Under the pieces are notes generated by a model that saw only the letters and a program-made list of their open reading frames with translations, was not told the origin of the DNA and searched no databases. A stretch of 64,000 nucleotides of DNA from a virus (Duplodnaviria; Heunggongvirae; Uroviricota; Caudoviricetes): the IMG/VR virus record IMGVR_UViG_3300018411_000017, one strand, 5' to 3'. A program made the position numbers and the translations under genes. Positions within the stretch are counted from its first letter, which is position 1, and every line of letters begins with the position of its first letter. Positions 63,301 through 64,000 of this stretch are shown here, piece by piece.

Positions 63301-64000
63301 AATGTTTATAGATGGGTTAAATGGATTAAGTGTTTATAATAATAATGGTGGTAGCGCCGTGACGTTAACGAGAATAGGGAGCTTATCAGGATGCCCTAAC
63401 CCATATGGATATGCAGTTCAAATACATTACGATGGCGGGTCTGTTAGCCCTGGTCTTGGAGGTTTCACATTCCAAACCCAATCAAGAGCTGGCGCTATTT
63501 TTATTACTAGATTTATAGCGAAAATACCGGTTGGATATTCTTTGGTATTTGCTTCAAATCCATTTGGAGATGGTGGCTCTTCTAAATGGTTGTCAAATAG
63601 TGTTGGAACTGGAGTTTGGACTGAATATGCATACAAAGTAACTTGTGGTTCTAGCGGTACGTTTTCATCTACAAATTTCTTTTACCTAAATGGTTCAGGA
63701 GCTGTAACTTGGTATTTGGCTTATGCAACTGTATTTGATATAACAGCAGGAGAAAAATATACAACAACTATAGATGAGAATGGAATTTATACTGGTACAT
63801 TAACAGCTTTACAAGTTAATGCTGTAGCTATTAACGCTAATTCTATTACCACTGGAACACTGAGCGCTGATAGAATAGCCGCCAATTCATTAACTGCCAA
63901 TCACATTCAAACTAATACAATTACAACATTAGGGAATGTTACTGCTGGATCATTTAATCTTGGTAATGGCAAGTTTATTGTTGATTCTAATGGCAATTTG
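57371..64000 (+). CDS. giant tail/adhesin-like structural protein, partial (>2200 aa, continues beyond window)
   Basis: ATG at 57371; frame is open to the window end; three tandem repeats of about 209 aa (about 59880..61530) and two of about 123 aa (about 62400..63130). Confidence 0.7.
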   Translation, partial: MSTINIESGGKSIPIAKVGIIDSQEKILLGSLERDLVLQTLGNISIQAGNMFYKLSFDSSGNISTSNNNMVELQSLDNFSISSYDNGTFIFDLSTESLYLVYSKDLIPIAGVSASDYIYLSFINEQTLTGEQKQRLVLNSGAYVKSLNDVAYFSRADVYENQIIFVEDEKQHYILTDINNPNGKSAWTTFYIGMNGGIIYNGLEIQNTNRENLLHLNGVDDFTPGRFNGLKIGNSEKSVKLSVNTKNQTVIDSNTESLIIKTAKADILYYHDGNLGIYGEPATSDKYKIAINGTTKFSDSVFLERRLTSTDFITTNITHWDGGQGFGLIKTVNNKWFFECDDMVVRGSLVANKLKLKELEVERAYATGGHMLITDGADVDAVYYRLPTAEELETANIANNGNYGTLDANTYYYFITFKDSTEKDDSNAYVALDTTPNATTSTSGEGSSIEEDTLDAENYCPFINGDVLLCQTASGKSAKKYYCLVTYSTNKYAVVKANDFRNNIIYQYNELGEIVNVDTRFLVESGDTLIRVTNILYKNGIYEYKNRRRFIDIDGTRNQITMYDNLGDPNLFTSTPTEFNTYDDINIITGIGPNGALRLRMGELSDLNIPGLTGYGLYGDNVYLKGRLIVKTDDYEEIVGANRGSWVFGNLNKYYINDLVTYNGSVYRCIVEHQNTISSSSIPGVSDFWEIWVQKGTDGTPGSNFSYVDIVGDQVFIYNSGSGTYDKTVIPLTCTAFNVDYDSLINIKFEWVISGAVIYSHTYLKSEVTAGSISDSKNIYVTGINEGMDWSSLWNGDSSLTVSCRVYINDSTDYNSDVFSVYKVQNGADGETPLTGYITNDAISLSADTNNNVISYSYANGYFKVFYGLTDVTSGCTFSSTSINCTGSINTSGYYNVTDMTQAATIATLTLTATYNGTTITKEFSLSKSRTGSSAILYEVKPSVYTVTKSITNTFTPTSVVFSFYKTEGSSTVSYSGYYRTYSSTDGTVYSLITSSSGTSASVTPNSTYRSFKCELYTDSSYTTKVDEQSVLVVSDGATGLNSVNGVLTNDAVTVFAATDGTVSDFSYAAGTFKMYYGTTDVTASSTFSSTATNCTGSIASNGVYSITAFPAANNNGYLNLTGTYNGVSITRIFSISKSKTGSTGADAVIYEIQSSTSTIAKNISNVFSPTSVTFTFYRRYGSGNRSLFTGYYKTFYSTDGVNYTQISSTSGSSVSVTPGTSYRSIKCDLYSDSGYVNLVDSQTCLIVSDGNTGAAGQDAFTVILSNEAMTVPAMYSGAFPANIFSDYDYSSNVVVYRGSTKLNYAATSGYSYTVGLLTGSRFSTTISTSGTECKIRINNITQDLSGGLYIPDYMVANFYVSILYNNVATGTAFTKTIAVSKAKQGPLLDWIKEWDSNSTLVGSQYVISPKIFAGTNNGGSPTGVIVGRNAFNLTEIGVAGYYNGNNTFYLSALDGSFKFGQGNSSIVYNPSANTVTFGSNVSLNWTNYTDTAVNNVQVGGKNIIRNSFNWQDFSYWEGNGSTMSIVGIDGSNCMRLTGVYGVGQYIGKQLKPNTYYTFSAYARSSVDLPGGADQQLHIQIWRVEDTGNVHQDSAVNSDTNFSANVWKKAWYTFKTPASSELCYCRLYFYPLSSGTFDVRYCQLEEGNKPTDWSPCPDDVSNSILIAKNAADAAQIDADQAQYDANIANGKLSDLANDNKLTAVEKQQTKTEWDIIASEYSKITSQASTYGVDYSSYTNAYNALSSYITPLLGDLTTTSDIAGSTFRSNFKSYYDARTDLLNVIAIKAKTLAGNAQDAADNAQTSANNANSLLSDMSNDGKLTSVEKQQIKLEWDGINAEYQKNANQAYAFGQDYTAYYNAYNGLNGYLSPLLSNLASTSDINGTTFRSYFSSYYAARTDLLNAISIAAKSQAISTASDDATDKSNTAYTNAKNYVDANYVNNTTYSNGIAGAVNKADDARETALAMAFGRMVYRDPMFIDGLNGLSVYNNNGGSAVTLTRIGSLSGCPNPYGYAVQIHYDGGSVSPGLGGFTFQTQSRAGAIFITRFIAKIPVGYSLVFASNPFGDGGSSKWLSNSVGTGVWTEYAYKVTCGSSGTFSSTNFFYLNGSGAVTWYLAYATVFDITAGEKYTTTIDENGIYTGTLTALQVNAVAINANSITTGTLSADRIAANSLTANHIQTNTITTLGNVTAGSFNLGNGKFIVDSNGNL

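Noticed and set aside
34044-63636. Antisense or embedded ORFs inside large genes (34044..34322, 35057..35329, 35382..35690, 35812..36228, 40470..40658, 43215..43409, 44381..44566, 48938..49222, 49113..49304, 50036..50515, 50214..50405, 53640..53873, 54641..54877, 56602..57101, 60682..60867, 61784..62020, 62055..62303, 63427..63636)
   Set aside because: Fully nested within or antisense to well-supported genes (GroEL, GroES, TerL, portal, fibers, PhoH); judged frame artefacts.
39622-64000. Diversity-generating retroelement targeting the giant tail proteins
   Set aside because: No reverse transcriptase ORF and no template-repeat-like near-duplicate of a C-terminal region found in this window.

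Overview
An AT-rich, gene-dense window that looks like part of a large tailed dsDNA phage infecting a Bacteroidetes host. Seven plus-strand genes carry a TAnnTTTG (-7) promoter motif about 30-35 bp upstream of the ATG, and one gene family matches the Bacteroidetes/Fibrobacter 'FISUMP' domain. The window has three parts. (1) 244..27851 is one long minus-strand array of about 70 small genes, most starting MKI (ATGAAAAT). It is organised into tandem paralog families: A (3 copies), B (8 copies, W..T.EG..YW motif), C (10 copies, FISUMP-like without signal peptides), D (7 copies, Cys-rich about 70 aa), and E, F and G (2 copies each). The array is punctuated by tRNA and tRNA-like elements, several of which have a miniaturised anticodon arm, and by ORF-free gaps that look structured. 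(2) 27852..38247 is a mixed module. It has an origin-like repeat/iteron region next to a gene for a protein with two winged-helix (wHTH) domains, two small-membrane plus lipoprotein cassettes, a standalone HNH endonuclease, a compositionally odd GT-rich gene, PhoH, two small HExxH proteins, a holin-like gene with an SLT-like gene, and a RuvC-like gene. It also contains a 1.2 kb ORF-poor block. (3) 38216..64000 is the structural and packaging module. It has a 2155-aa tail fiber with GYGITDA repeats, a PD-(D/E)xK nuclease, phage GroEL and GroES, a terminase large subunit split by a roughly 1.1 kb insert carrying a LAGLIDADG homing endonuclease with its own promoter, a portal, a T7-lysozyme-type amidase, and a second giant repeat-rich tail protein open to the end of the window. 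I found no CRISPR array and no reverse transcriptase.
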